DNA from: Bacteriovorax stolpii | GTDB taxonomy: Bacteria > Bdellovibrionota > UBA2428 | Assembly: GCA_945881775.1 (NCBI GenBank) | Contig: CAMCVE010000012.1 | Location: forward strand, 8,073 to 72,072 | DNA length: 64,000 nt | Direction of reading: 5' to 3' | Shown: positions 1-9,591 of the stretch, piece by piece | Layout: the number at the start of each line of letters is the position of its first letter | How positions within the stretch are numbered: position 1 is the first letter of the stretch | Notes under the pieces: generated by a model | What the model was told of the DNA's origin: nothing | Database searches by the model: none | Seen by the model: only the letters and a program-made list of their open reading frames with translations | Made by a program: the position numbers and the translations under genes

Positions 1-1003
1 TAAAACGATCTGATGCGATGACTGAGCTGAGGCGGGGGAAGTCGGCATACGCTGTGTTGGCGGCAAAAACCAAGATGAGTGCCGTAACAATTTGGAAAAT
101 ATAATAGAAGACTCCGTGTCCAAAGGTGTGCCTGGCGACTTGAGAGATAACTGTTTCGCCCTCTTTGGGCATGATGCCAAAATGCTGGGTCAGGAAAGTA
201 ACTCCAACAAAGAAGATCACGAGCATAACGACCATCAAAGAAAGTGTGGTCTTAGCGCGAGCGGGTGCAGGATCACGGAAGGCCGTGACACCATTGGAGA
301 TCGCTTCGATGCCCGTAAGGGCGGCGCAACCGCTGGAGAATGCTCTTAGTAAAATGAACCAGGAAATGGGCTCGAGGTGGCTCGGATGCAGAATCCGATC
401 GTCGATGTGGACAGCGTCGTTTGTAAAAATTTTCCAGACGCCGATTGAAATCATCACGGTCGTGAAAATGATGAAGAGATAGGTCGGTATCGAGAAAACT
501 GTGCTCGAGTCCTTAAGGCCACGCAAGTTTGCAAAAGTTAAAATGGAAATGACCACCACGCCCATGATGACCTCGTGATGTCCGAGCGATGGATACGCCG
601 AGGTGAGTGCCGCAACGCCAGCGGACACAGAAACAGCTACGGTTAGGGTGTAGTCGATAAGAAGAGCGGCTCCTGCGACAAGTCCCGAGCTTTCGCCGAG
701 GTTGTCCTTCGCGACAGAGTAAGCTCCTCCACCATTGGGATAGAGGGAGATTGTTTGGCGGTATGAGAGAGCGACGATTATGAGCAGTGCCGCAATGGTG
801 AGAGCGATGGGCACGCTGTAGAACGAAGCTGCCATGGAAAGGGCGACGAGAATGAGTAAGATTTCTTCGGTCGCATAGGCGACCGAACTCAGGGCATCGC
901 TCGAAAACACGGCGAGCCCTCTCCAAACGGGGAGTTTTTCGTGTTCGAGGCTGTTTACGGTGAGGGGTTTTCCAAAAAGAATCTGCCTAAGCTTGAGTTT
1001 CAT
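1..1003 (-). CDS. APC-superfamily permease, KimA/YdaO-like K+ transporter (3' end runs off the window)
   Basis: Missing from the ORF track because it has no stop in the window. Manual translation from the ATG at 1003 gives MKLKLRQILFGKPL...LAVFSSDALSSVAYATEEIL...YPNGGGAY...LLIDYTLTVAVS...FSSGCAALTGIEAISNGV...AANTAYADFPRL, which are KimA/YdaO family motifs. Confidence 0.85.
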   Translation of the reverse strand, partial: MKLKLRQILFGKPLTVNSLEHEKLPVWRGLAVFSSDALSSVAYATEEILLILVALSMAASFYSVPIALTIAALLIIVALSYRQTISLYPNGGGAYSVAKDNLGESSGLVAGAALLIDYTLTVAVSVSAGVAALTSAYPSLGHHEVIMGVVVISILTFANLRGLKDSSTVFSIPTYLFIIFTTVMISIGVWKIFTNDAVHIDDRILHPSHLEPISWFILLRAFSSGCAALTGIEAISNGVTAFRDPAPARAKTTLSLMVVMLVIFFVGVTFLTQHFGIMPKEGETVISQVARHTFGHGVFYYIFQIVTALILVFAANTAYADFPRLSSVIASDRF

Positions 1004-1175
1004 ATGGAGTGGGTCTCGATTCGCAAATCTCTAAAGACGTGTAAATCTTCCCTCCAGCCCGGACCATTGTCAAAGGCGATTTCATCGTAGGGTCCCTGAA
1101 ATATTTTGAATAGGGTCGATGTATCTGAAAATGCGACACGTGCAAAATGCAAACGAAGGCGATTTATTATTTGGA

Positions 1176-2456
1176 TTATGAATTTTTGACGATGCGGGCG
1201 TGAAAGGCCGTGACCTGGGGGTCGGCAAATATTGAGCGAGCGTCCCAGCCGTCGATCGAAAGACCTTGGGAGCTGCGCACGCGACTCAGGGCTACATAGG
1301 CTTGTCCCGGTTCCCAGAGATTCCTTAGAGACACGATCATCTTGTCGAGAGTAGCCCCTTGGGCTTTGTGAATCGTAACGGCATAGGCAAGGCTTAAAGG
1401 AAAATTACGTGCGGCTGCCGTCTCATTGCCTTCGGCATCCAGGAGCGAGAATTTGGACCGCTCGAGCTCGATGCTACGGCCCGTGGACAGCTTGATCTCG
1501 ATGTCCTGACGGCCAAAGCGTTTCACGTGGCCGAGACTGCCGTTGACCCAGCGGCCTTGGGGGTCGTTCTGGCGAAGCATCACGAAAGCTCCAGGCTTGA
1601 GCTCGAGTGTTTGTGGGATCGGCAAGTTATTTATGAGCGACTTAACGGCTCGCTCTTCTCCGGAGAATTCGGTCTCGAAAGTTTTCATGTCTCCTTCGAG
1701 TTGAGCGAGCTTGTGTTGATTGATTCGGTCGACGTCGATCTTGCGCGCGTAGAGGACCGACCCTTCGAACTCTTCGTCGCTCTCAAGAGCCGAACGCCAA
1801 TCGAGGAGGTGTTTCACGCGCTCAGAGACGAGTCCCACGCGCACGTCTGCAAGGATCTGACAAAACTCCGGATCCTCGGCGGCTCTCATCATCTGTCGCA
1901 GGTGGACCGACTTGAAATTTGATCTTTCCCAGGCGGGACTCAGGAACGCCCAGTCACGGCGGCTCGAATCACGAGTGACCGGAGGAAGTTGGGCAAAGTC
2001 ACCGACGGCCACGACCTTGAGGCCGCCCCAGGGGCTCATATCACCCCGCGCTCGGCACGCGATTCGTTCTGCTGCGTCGAGGGCCACGCCAGGAATCATT
2101 GAGACTTCGTCGAGAACAAAGCCAGCTGCCTTTTTGAGGCGCCGAGCAACGCGACGATCCTTTGCGGCGCGATCGATCGTCGCTTCGATGCCACCCTCCA
2201 TGATACCGAGGCCAAAAAAGCTGTGAAATGTGCGCCCCCCGATAAGAACTGCCGCAGCCCCGGTGCTCGCGAGAACGGGGAGTTTCGCTGGATCTGTATC
2301 TTGCAGGAATTTTCGGAGTAGAAAACTCTTTCCAGTACCGGCCCCTCCGGTGATGAACACGTTGTCCTCACCGTTGAGAAGGCGCAGGGCCTCTTGTTGC
2401 TCGTCGTTGAGGTCAGCGTGCCTTGAGGCTAAAAGATCGGGAAGCAGCGAACTCAT
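1176..2456 (-). CDS. Pif1-family (SF1B, RecD-like) DNA helicase
   Basis: Walker A GGAGTGKS, ASTGAAA...GGRTFHSF, DEVSM, GDFAQLPPV, AYAVTIHKAQG, GQAYVALSR. Confidence 0.9.
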   Translation of the reverse strand: MSSLLPDLLASRHADLNDEQQEALRLLNGEDNVFITGGAGTGKSFLLRKFLQDTDPAKLPVLASTGAAAVLIGGRTFHSFFGLGIMEGGIEATIDRAAKDRRVARRLKKAAGFVLDEVSMIPGVALDAAERIACRARGDMSPWGGLKVVAVGDFAQLPPVTRDSSRRDWAFLSPAWERSNFKSVHLRQMMRAAEDPEFCQILADVRVGLVSERVKHLLDWRSALESDEEFEGSVLYARKIDVDRINQHKLAQLEGDMKTFETEFSGEERAVKSLINNLPIPQTLELKPGAFVMLRQNDPQGRWVNGSLGHVKRFGRQDIEIKLSTGRSIELERSKFSLLDAEGNETAAARNFPLSLAYAVTIHKAQGATLDKMIVSLRNLWEPGQAYVALSRVRSSQGLSIDGWDARSIFADPQVTAFHARIVKNS

Positions 2457-2501
2457 GCCTCCCGAACTTAGTCTAATATTTTGGCTCGCGACACTGCGAT
2501 C

Positions 2502-3554
2502 TCAGTGATGGCTCGGGTGCTGCGCCCTAAGAGGGCTTGTGATCAGATCGCGCGTGAAGTCCGCGTTGCTCACCCCATCCCACGTTTCTTTGCTCCAGCC
2601 GCTTTTCTCGATGCTAAAGACGTGTTTTGTGGTGTCGGGTACCCACGACGAACAGTTGTCATTTGGGTTCCACAGAGTTTGGTGGATCCCGCTCTCGCCC
2701 ATCACTCGGAAGTAGTGTTGTATTGGAGTGAGTTTCCCAAAGAGTGCGCTCATCACCATGTCCCGAGTGGACTGTGTGACGCCTATCTTCCAGCTTGGGT
2801 TGGCATCGCAAAAATTTCTCATCTGAGGCGCGAGAATGCCAGAGTTTCGCTCTCGTTTCATGGAGTTCGACGCGAGACTTCGGTCGATGCCCTTAAGATA
2901 GTCTGAGTCGAAACGGTTCCAGATACTGTCGTTGAAGTGCAGGCCGGGAGAATCGATGAGGGCCACTTTGTTGGCCTGTGGTCCCGCGATAGCGGCGACT
3001 TGATCGAGGTTCATGAGCACGCCCAGGGCCCCAGCAGACTCCCCGTAGAGGATCACTTCACTTGCGCGCTCAACAATCCGGTCTGTGTTGTCTTCGAGCC
3101 AGGCGAGAGCCTTTGTGAAATTGCTCCGACCAAAATGGTAGACGATTTTCTTGGATGTGTAGGTGGCCTTGTGGGAGGCGCCATGCATGTCGCCCGTGCA
3201 GTAAGGAAGGTACACGTAGGTCTGGTCCTGGAATGTCGTATCACCGACGTGGCTCCCGAGATATTTATTTTCGTAGATCCCAGGAGTGTCGTGAAGCGAG
3301 GTGAACTTCACTTTCCCAAAACAACTGCCTTTGCTCCAACAGGCGCCGCCGCCTTCGAAGTGCAAGAGCACCTTTGCGGGATCACCTTTTCGCACGTAGA
3401 TGGAATAGGGTGTGCCGTCACCACAGAGGGCGTCAGGGATGATCATCTGCTCAAAAACGTCCCCGCTGGGGGTTGGAGAGCGCTTCCCTCCAAGGGCTTG
3501 CGCCTGGAGCCCGGTGAAGAGGAATGCACCGAAGAGAACACTTTGAATACGCAT
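2502..3554 (-). CDS. Secreted pectinacetylesterase-family hydrolase
   Basis: Signal peptide, CGDGT, FEGGGACW, YLPYCTGDMH and nucleophile motif GESAG. Confidence 0.8.
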   Translation of the reverse strand: MRIQSVLFGAFLFTGLQAQALGGKRSPTPSGDVFEQMIIPDALCGDGTPYSIYVRKGDPAKVLLHFEGGGACWSKGSCFGKVKFTSLHDTPGIYENKYLGSHVGDTTFQDQTYVYLPYCTGDMHGASHKATYTSKKIVYHFGRSNFTKALAWLEDNTDRIVERASEVILYGESAGALGVLMNLDQVAAIAGPQANKVALIDSPGLHFNDSIWNRFDSDYLKGIDRSLASNSMKRERNSGILAPQMRNFCDANPSWKIGVTQSTRDMVMSALFGKLTPIQHYFRVMGESGIHQTLWNPNDNCSSWVPDTTKHVFSIEKSGWSKETWDGVSNADFTRDLITSPLRAQHPSHH

Positions 3555-3639
3555 AGAGCACTCATCGGTACGCAGCGCGTCATAACCTGTTAAACTAGGG
3601 TGAAGGGCCGATGAAGACTTGTTGTGTTACGCTGAGTTA

Positions 3640-4560
3640 ATGGGTGGTTTAGGGGCAAAGCTCGGGTTCCGGGCGCTTGGCGCTGTTCTCTTGGTCGCAT
3701 CAAGTGGGCTGGCGGCAGCTCCTCAATGTCAAAGTTATGTCTCTAAGATTCGCGGGGGTGCGGTGGGTTTCTGTGTCCATCGCAGTCGTCCCGACATTGC
3801 GCCGATGCAGAATGAGCCCGTGGTTTATTTCTTTCATGGGATCGGCGGCGATTCGAAGTCTTGGATCGACAATGGCTACGCGGAGGCTCTCGACGTTCTG
3901 TCGCCAGAAGAGAATTTTCCCCCCTTCACAGTGGTGAGCTTTGACACCGACAAGATGAGCTTTTTTAGCGACCGGGGCGAAGTGAAGAGTGGGCCGAGGG
4001 CTTACGAAACCTGGTTCATCACCGAGTTTATGCCCTACATCGAAAAAACCTTCAGCGTCTGCGGCACTCGAAAGTGTCGTGGCACCGCAGGTCTCTCCAT
4101 GGGCGGCTACGGCGCTCTGAAGACGGTCCTAAAACACAAAGAACTTTTCAGTTTTGTGGGAGTGAACTCGGCGGCGATCGCTCCCTTAAACGTCTGGGAA
4201 AATCTGGGTGACTGGAACGCCTACTTCAACCGACATCCCATCGGTCCGTGGCAGGGTCACCTTCTCTTGCAAGAGATTCGGCGGATCTTCACGAACAGAG
4301 AGATGTATGAGCGCAATGACCCCACGTTCTTGCTGGGCGGTCTTCGCAGCGAGTCCGAGATGCCTAAGATCTATCTGGATGTTGGCGGCCAGGATTATTT
4401 CGGTTTTCAAGAAGGCTTTTTCCGCATGACAAAGATTCTCGACGAGCGTCGTTGGAACTACGCGAGTTACTACGAGCCCAATGGCGGACATGACATCTAT
4501 CAGGACCGCCGTTGGTGGCTCATGAGATTTATTCGCGACCGCATCAACGAATCTTTTTAA
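3640..4560 (+). CDS. Secreted alpha/beta-hydrolase (putative esterase, FrmB/XynZ-like)
   Basis: YFFHGIGG, GLSMGGYGA nucleophile elbow, DVGGQD acid and GGH His. ATG at 3640 chosen; the ORF track starts at 3619. Confidence 0.8.
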   Translation: MGGLGAKLGFRALGAVLLVASSGLAAAPQCQSYVSKIRGGAVGFCVHRSRPDIAPMQNEPVVYFFHGIGGDSKSWIDNGYAEALDVLSPEENFPPFTVVSFDTDKMSFFSDRGEVKSGPRAYETWFITEFMPYIEKTFSVCGTRKCRGTAGLSMGGYGALKTVLKHKELFSFVGVNSAAIAPLNVWENLGDWNAYFNRHPIGPWQGHLLLQEIRRIFTNREMYERNDPTFLLGGLRSESEMPKIYLDVGGQDYFGFQEGFFRMTKILDERRWNYASYYEPNGGHDIYQDRRWWLMRFIRDRINESF

Positions 4561-5446
4561 AGTCGTGGAAGAATGTTTGAGCGCCGACGGGGTCTGAGGC
4601 AAAGCTTCCGTCTTCTAGAAGTTTTTCGGTATCCGCGGGGTTTTTCGCAACGAGAACGGTGCCTCGATACGCGCGACTTCCGGAATTGTTAAATATTTGT
4701 TGCAGGGGTATTTGGTCGACGACCACTTCTCCGACTTCGCTTTGGACGTCGCCGAGTTCGGGCACTTGTATCGACCAGCGAGGGTTCAGGAAACTCCAAC
4801 TAAAGAGCGAACAGTTCTCGCAATCGACGTCTTTCATTTCGGGGCTCAGGGGGAGGCGCTCATAGCGCGGCCGCCACTTTGCAAGTCCCTCGTGATAGTG
4901 CCAGGTCCGGTCGTGGAAAAATTTGCTGAGCGCTGCGAGCGACGACTCGGAGACTTCGTAGAACTGGGCCACGAGGAAAGGCGTTTCACTGGAGTTCATA
5001 AAAAGAGCTGCAACGTCTTTGACGGGAATCGAGCACATCGCTTCGGGGCCGAGGTCGTCTGAGAGACGGTTGAAGAGCGCATCTCCAATAATGATCGAGG
5101 CATGGCCTGTGACGAGGCGCTGTCCCGCAGGACTAGGATTTGTGATCATCCAAAAGCCTTTGGTTTTGAGTTTTTGATGAAGCGTCGCAAACGGGACGGG
5201 CCCTGAGACTTGAATCTTCAAAGCTCCGTGCTTAGCGACCATCACTTCGGCGTTGGGCTTTAGGAGGCTGGCCACTTCAGGCCGCTCGGGTGCGACGGAG
5301 TTGACAGAGCCAGGCACAAAGCGCTTCGCCTCGTCGGCGGGAGAGATGCGGCCCATTACTTTCATGATGCGCAATTGGCATTCGGAGAGGGCGGCCTCGG
5401 CGCGAGCTGAGACGAAAATGAACGTAAGAAGAATGAGAGAACGCAT
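4544..5446 (-). CDS. Secreted hypothetical protein, possibly a permuted papain-like fold
   Basis: 300-aa ORF with a signal peptide and GHASIIIG...ENCSLF motifs. Its 3' end overlaps the convergent esterase by 17 bp. Confidence 0.55.
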   Translation of the reverse strand: MRSLILLTFIFVSARAEAALSECQLRIMKVMGRISPADEAKRFVPGSVNSVAPERPEVASLLKPNAEVMVAKHGALKIQVSGPVPFATLHQKLKTKGFWMITNPSPAGQRLVTGHASIIIGDALFNRLSDDLGPEAMCSIPVKDVAALFMNSSETPFLVAQFYEVSESSLAALSKFFHDRTWHYHEGLAKWRPRYERLPLSPEMKDVDCENCSLFSWSFLNPRWSIQVPELGDVQSEVGEVVVDQIPLQQIFNNSGSRAYRGTVLVAKNPADTEKLLEDGSFASDPVGAQTFFHDFKKIR

Positions 5447-5496
5447 GAGCCCCTGATTCTACTCCGGCCTTACGACTCTCCAGAGTCAAAAGCCTG

Positions 5497-7146
5497 TCAA
5501 CTTTGGGCGAGCTGTGCCTTTTTCGCGCGGTATTCGTCGTACTTAAGGTTGTAGATGCGCACTCCACCGCGGTCGACCTCGTAAACTTGATCGGCGAGCG
5601 CTTTGAGGAAGTGGCGGTCGTGGCTCACGAGAAGAACTGTCCCTTCAAAGCGTTGAAGGGCACTAAGGAGAACTTCGCGCGAACGAATGTCGAGATGGTT
5701 TGTGGGTTCGTCGAGGACGAGAAGGTTGACGGGGTTGGCGAGAAGAGTCGCAAGCACGACTCGACTTTTCTCGCCGCCGGAGAGCACCGAGATCTTTTTG
5801 TCGACGTCGTCTCCGCTGAAGAGGAAGGCACCGAGCAGATTTCGTACGAATGCGATCGACCCGTCGGGAATACGCCGCGAAACTTCTTCGAAGACGGTGG
5901 CTTTGGAATTCAGAACTTCGAGTGAGTGCTGGCTGAAGTAGCCCACTTTCACGTTGGCGCCGATTGCAACACTGCCGCTGGTGGCTTGGGCTTCGCCGAC
6001 AATGGTCTTGAGGAGGGTCGACTTTCCAGCGCCATTCACGCCCACGACCGCAATTTTCGCAAGGCGTGGAACGACGGCTGTGACGTTCGAAAAAACGGTT
6101 TTCTTCTGGCCGTCTTCTCGCTCCCAAATTTTTGTAAGATCTTTCATGATCACGACGTCGTTGCCGCTGCGTGGGGGAATGGCGAACTCGAAGTGCATGG
6201 TTTTTTCTTCGGGGGGAATTTCAATGCGGTCGATTTTGTCGAGTTTTTTGACGCGCGACTGGACTTGGGCAGCGTGCGAAGCTCGGGCGGCGAAACGCGC
6301 GATGAACTCTTCTTCTTTGGCGAGCATATCCGCCTGGCGCTGGTGGCTTGCAAGGAGTTGCTTGCGGCGCAGGTCGCGCTCGCGCTCGTAGAACTCATAG
6401 TTGCCTGTGTAAGAGGTGATCGACTTGTTGGCAACCTCGACAATGCGCGTGACGATGCGGTTCATGAACTCGCGGTCATGGCTCGTCATGATGAGCGCGC
6501 CTTTGAAAGTTTTGATCCATTCTTCGAGCCACTCGATGGTTTCGAGGTCCAAGTGGTTGGTGGGCTCGTCCATCAGAAGCAGGTCGGGACTCAGCGCGAG
6601 AATCTTCGCGAGGGCAATACGCATCTTCCATCCGCCGCTGAAGCTCTCCACGGGCCTTTCGAAATCACCGGGACCGATGCCAAGGCCTGTGAGGATCTCT
6701 TTGGCACGGGATTCAAGGTTGTAGCCACCGCGAGATTCGAATTCGGCCTGCGCCTCGCCGTAACGCTCCACAAGGGCCATCATCTCGTCGTCCGACGGGG
6801 GATTCAGGGCGGAGTCTTCGAGCTGTTTCTCGAGGTCTGCGACTCGCTTAGCGAGCTCTGAGACGCGTCCCGCTCCGGCCATGACTTCTTCTAAGGCTGA
6901 GCACCCCGCCATTTCGCCCACACTCTGCGAGAAATAACCCACAACAAGTCGATCGGGCATGCTCACGGCGCCAGAGTCGAGGCTCTCCTCTCGGGTTATG
7001 AGGCGAAAGATGGTGGTCTTGCCGGCTCCGTTTGGGCCCACGAGGCCAATCTTCTCTCCGGGATTGATCTGAAAACTAGCCGAGTCGAAGACGATTTGCT
7101 GGCCGTAGCGCTTGTGCATGCCTGACAAAGAAACCATGTCCACCAT
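5497..7146 (-). CDS. ABC-F family ATPase (YheS/YbiT-like)
   Basis: Two ABC domains (GPNGAGKT, FSGGWKMR, DEPTNHLD; GVNGAGKS, LSGGEKSR, DEPTNHLD) with a linker and no TM segments. Confidence 0.92.
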   Translation of the reverse strand: MVDMVSLSGMHKRYGQQIVFDSASFQINPGEKIGLVGPNGAGKTTIFRLITREESLDSGAVSMPDRLVVGYFSQSVGEMAGCSALEEVMAGAGRVSELAKRVADLEKQLEDSALNPPSDDEMMALVERYGEAQAEFESRGGYNLESRAKEILTGLGIGPGDFERPVESFSGGWKMRIALAKILALSPDLLLMDEPTNHLDLETIEWLEEWIKTFKGALIMTSHDREFMNRIVTRIVEVANKSITSYTGNYEFYERERDLRRKQLLASHQRQADMLAKEEEFIARFAARASHAAQVQSRVKKLDKIDRIEIPPEEKTMHFEFAIPPRSGNDVVIMKDLTKIWEREDGQKKTVFSNVTAVVPRLAKIAVVGVNGAGKSTLLKTIVGEAQATSGSVAIGANVKVGYFSQHSLEVLNSKATVFEEVSRRIPDGSIAFVRNLLGAFLFSGDDVDKKISVLSGGEKSRVVLATLLANPVNLLVLDEPTNHLDIRSREVLLSALQRFEGTVLLVSHDRHFLKALADQVYEVDRGGVRIYNLKYDEYRAKKAQLAQS

Positions 7147-7196
7147 CTAGATGCTGATGTCTTAGCTATCAACACATTCTGTGATATCTTCGCCGC

Positions 7197-8999
7197 GTGG
7201 CAGTTTTGGTGAATGGACACGACCTCTCTAAGGGCTTTTCGGGACGGCATCTCTTTGATGCTTTGGCCTTCGGCATTTCTGATGGCGAGCGCATTGGACT
7301 CATCGGTCCCAATGGTGCAGGCAAGTCGACACTCCTCAAGATGATCCTCGGCTCCGAAAAACCCGATTCCGGCACCATCGCCCGCAAACAAGGGCTTCGG
7401 GTGGCCTACCTCTCACAGACCCCCGAACTCGCACCCGAGTCCACAATTTTGGAGACGATTCTTGAGGGAGCGCTGGATCCCTATGAATGGGAGTCGACGG
7501 CGCGGGCGCTGGAGCTGCTCTCGAAGCTCGCGTTTGACGAGGCGGGTCTCAGCGAAGACACGCTCGTGGGTGCTCTTTCTGGGGGGTGGCGGAAGAAAGT
7601 CGCTCTCGCTCGGGAGCTCATGCGAGAACCCAACCTGCTTCTGATGGACGAGCCCACCAACCATTTGGATGTTGAAAGTATTCTTTGGCTAGAGGAGTTC
7701 CTCGCCAAAGTTCCCTTCGCGACGCTCACGATCACGCACGACCGACTCTTCTTAAATCGTATTTCGAATTGCATTTGGGAGCTCGATCGCCGCAACCCCA
7801 ACGGTCTCTTGCGAGTCGAGGGTGACTACGCAACCTTTTGTGAGATCAAAGAGCAGCACGTGAACGCCCTTGAGCGCAAAGAAACCGTCCTCAAGAACAC
7901 TCTTCGCCGCGAAACAGAATGGCTTCGCCGCGGTCCCGCTGCACGCACAACCAAACAAACAGCGCGCATCAACCGTGCGGGAGACCTCGCCTCGAATGTC
8001 GAGGCTCTGGAGGGGCTCAATAAAGTCCAAAGTGTGGGTATCGTGTTTGGCACAGCCGAAAGCACGCCCAAAAAGCTCATCGAAGCTAAGAAGATTTCTA
8101 AGTCCTATGGGGACCGCAAGCTCTTCAAGGATTTTAGTCTTCTGCTTCAACGAGGCAATCGCATCGGTCTTCTAGGGCCGAACGGCGCCGGTAAGTCCAC
8201 ACTCATCAAGCTGCTTCTGGGAGTGGAGCAGCCCGATAGCGGAAGCGTGGAGCGATCTGATCAGCTGCAGATTGCGTATTTTGATCAGAACCGCGAGCAT
8301 CTCGATCCCAATCTCACCGTGCTTAAGACTGTTTGTCCCCAGGGCGATCACGTTTTTTTCCGCGGGAACTACACGCACGTGCGAAGCTACTTGGACCGCT
8401 TCCTCTTTAACGTCGAACAGAGCGACAGTCCCGTCTCCAAGCTTTCTGGTGGCGAACAAGCGCGGCTGCTCATCGCTAAGCTGATGCTCCGCGAGGCCAA
8501 CATTCTGGTTCTCGACGAGCCCACCAACGACCTGGATCTTCCAACTCTCAATATTCTCGAAGAGCGCCTCAAGGACTTCGAAGGTGCGATTGTTCTTGTT
8601 TCGCACGATCGGTATTTTATGGACCAGGTGGTGGACCGTATCTTTGTTCCTGCCGACGGGCACATCGAAGAGTTTGTGGGCGTGGGTCAGTGGGAAGCGT
8701 GGCAGAAAGACCGTGCAAAACGCTCCAAATCAGCCCCTTTGCCCGCCGGATCTCAAAGAACTCCCGAGTTGCCCAAGAAGCTAAAGCTCAGCTACAACGA
8801 TCAAAGAGAGTTTGATCAGATGGAGTCCAAGATTCATGGCCTCGAGGCCAAACTGGAATCGCTCACTCTTGAGAGCCAGAAACCCGAGCTTGCTTCGAGC
8901 TCGTCGAAACTCACAAAGCTCACAGCAGAGATGGCTGAGCTCCAGACAGAAATTGATCGCCTTTATGCGCGATGGTCCGAGCTCGAAACCAAGGGATAA
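7197..8999 (+). CDS. uup: ABC-F family ATPase, Uup-like
   Basis: Two ABC domains, linker EWLRRGPAARTTKQTARI, second motif DEPTNDLD and a C-terminal coiled coil KLSYNDQRE...LYARWSELE, all typical of Uup. Confidence 0.88.
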   Translation: MAVLVNGHDLSKGFSGRHLFDALAFGISDGERIGLIGPNGAGKSTLLKMILGSEKPDSGTIARKQGLRVAYLSQTPELAPESTILETILEGALDPYEWESTARALELLSKLAFDEAGLSEDTLVGALSGGWRKKVALARELMREPNLLLMDEPTNHLDVESILWLEEFLAKVPFATLTITHDRLFLNRISNCIWELDRRNPNGLLRVEGDYATFCEIKEQHVNALERKETVLKNTLRRETEWLRRGPAARTTKQTARINRAGDLASNVEALEGLNKVQSVGIVFGTAESTPKKLIEAKKISKSYGDRKLFKDFSLLLQRGNRIGLLGPNGAGKSTLIKLLLGVEQPDSGSVERSDQLQIAYFDQNREHLDPNLTVLKTVCPQGDHVFFRGNYTHVRSYLDRFLFNVEQSDSPVSKLSGGEQARLLIAKLMLREANILVLDEPTNDLDLPTLNILEERLKDFEGAIVLVSHDRYFMDQVVDRIFVPADGHIEEFVGVGQWEAWQKDRAKRSKSAPLPAGSQRTPELPKKLKLSYNDQREFDQMESKIHGLEAKLESLTLESQKPELASSSSKLTKLTAEMAELQTEIDRLYARWSELETKG

Positions 9000-9003
9000 G
9001 TTG

Positions 9004-9495
9004 TCAGAGAATCTTTAGGATTTGCCATTCGACTTTGCGTCCGCGCATCTCGACGATCACATCTTCTCCTCGCGTGCGACCCATAAGCTCTCCACCGAGT
9101 GGCGATGCGGAGCTAACGATGCTCACCTTCTGACCGTCAATTTCAATGCTTTGTCCACCAGCAAACGGAACAAGGAAAACCCACTGGTGTCCGCTCTCGC
9201 TTTCGATTTCCACAAGGGCACTAATGCCGACGGCGTCGTCGGGAGTATAAGACCTTATAACCAACTGAGTGCAAAGACCTAAGACTTTGCGAATCTCGGC
9301 AGCTCGTTGAGCCTGTGCACCCGCGAGATACGAGGCCTCAAGGCCCCGAGTGTCGTATTTATTGTCGGCGCGACTCTCGGCGTGCGTGGCGGCTTCGTAG
9401 GCGGACTGAGCCGAATCCACGAGAGTGGAGAGGTCGCTCTCGAAGGCTTTCGTGAGACGCTCGAGAATGAAGGTCTTGTGCTCGTGGGAAAACAT
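9004..9495 (-). CDS. GreA/GreB-family transcription elongation factor-like protein
   Basis: N-terminal coiled coil with NKYDTRGLEASYLA and C-terminal SPLGGELMG...GEDV Gre motif. Confidence 0.8.
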   Translation of the reverse strand: MFSHEHKTFILERLTKAFESDLSTLVDSAQSAYEAATHAESRADNKYDTRGLEASYLAGAQAQRAAEIRKVLGLCTQLVIRSYTPDDAVGISALVEIESESGHQWVFLVPFAGGQSIEIDGQKVSIVSSASPLGGELMGRTRGEDVIVEMRGRKVEWQILKIL

Positions 9496-9591
9496 CTTCT
9501 AACTAGAGAGTTTAACTCATCCTGCTTTGTTAAGCTCTGATTAAGAGATTTTTGAGAACACGGTGCAGGCGCGAGTCGATACACTGTAGCA

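Noticed and set aside
92-926. Short ORFs in the track at 92-349, 165-482 and 513-926
   Set aside because: They overlap the real KimA-like CDS and are shadows of it.
1004-1175. c-di-AMP (ydaO) riboswitch upstream of the KimA-like gene
   Set aside because: I could not see the conserved riboswitch motifs on the minus strand; an Infernal search would be needed.
5926-6861. 311-aa plus-strand ORF and similar long shadow ORFs (e.g. 41515-42342, 52311-53018, 61659-62546)
   Set aside because: They are antisense or alternate-frame to well-supported genes and have no recognisable motifs.
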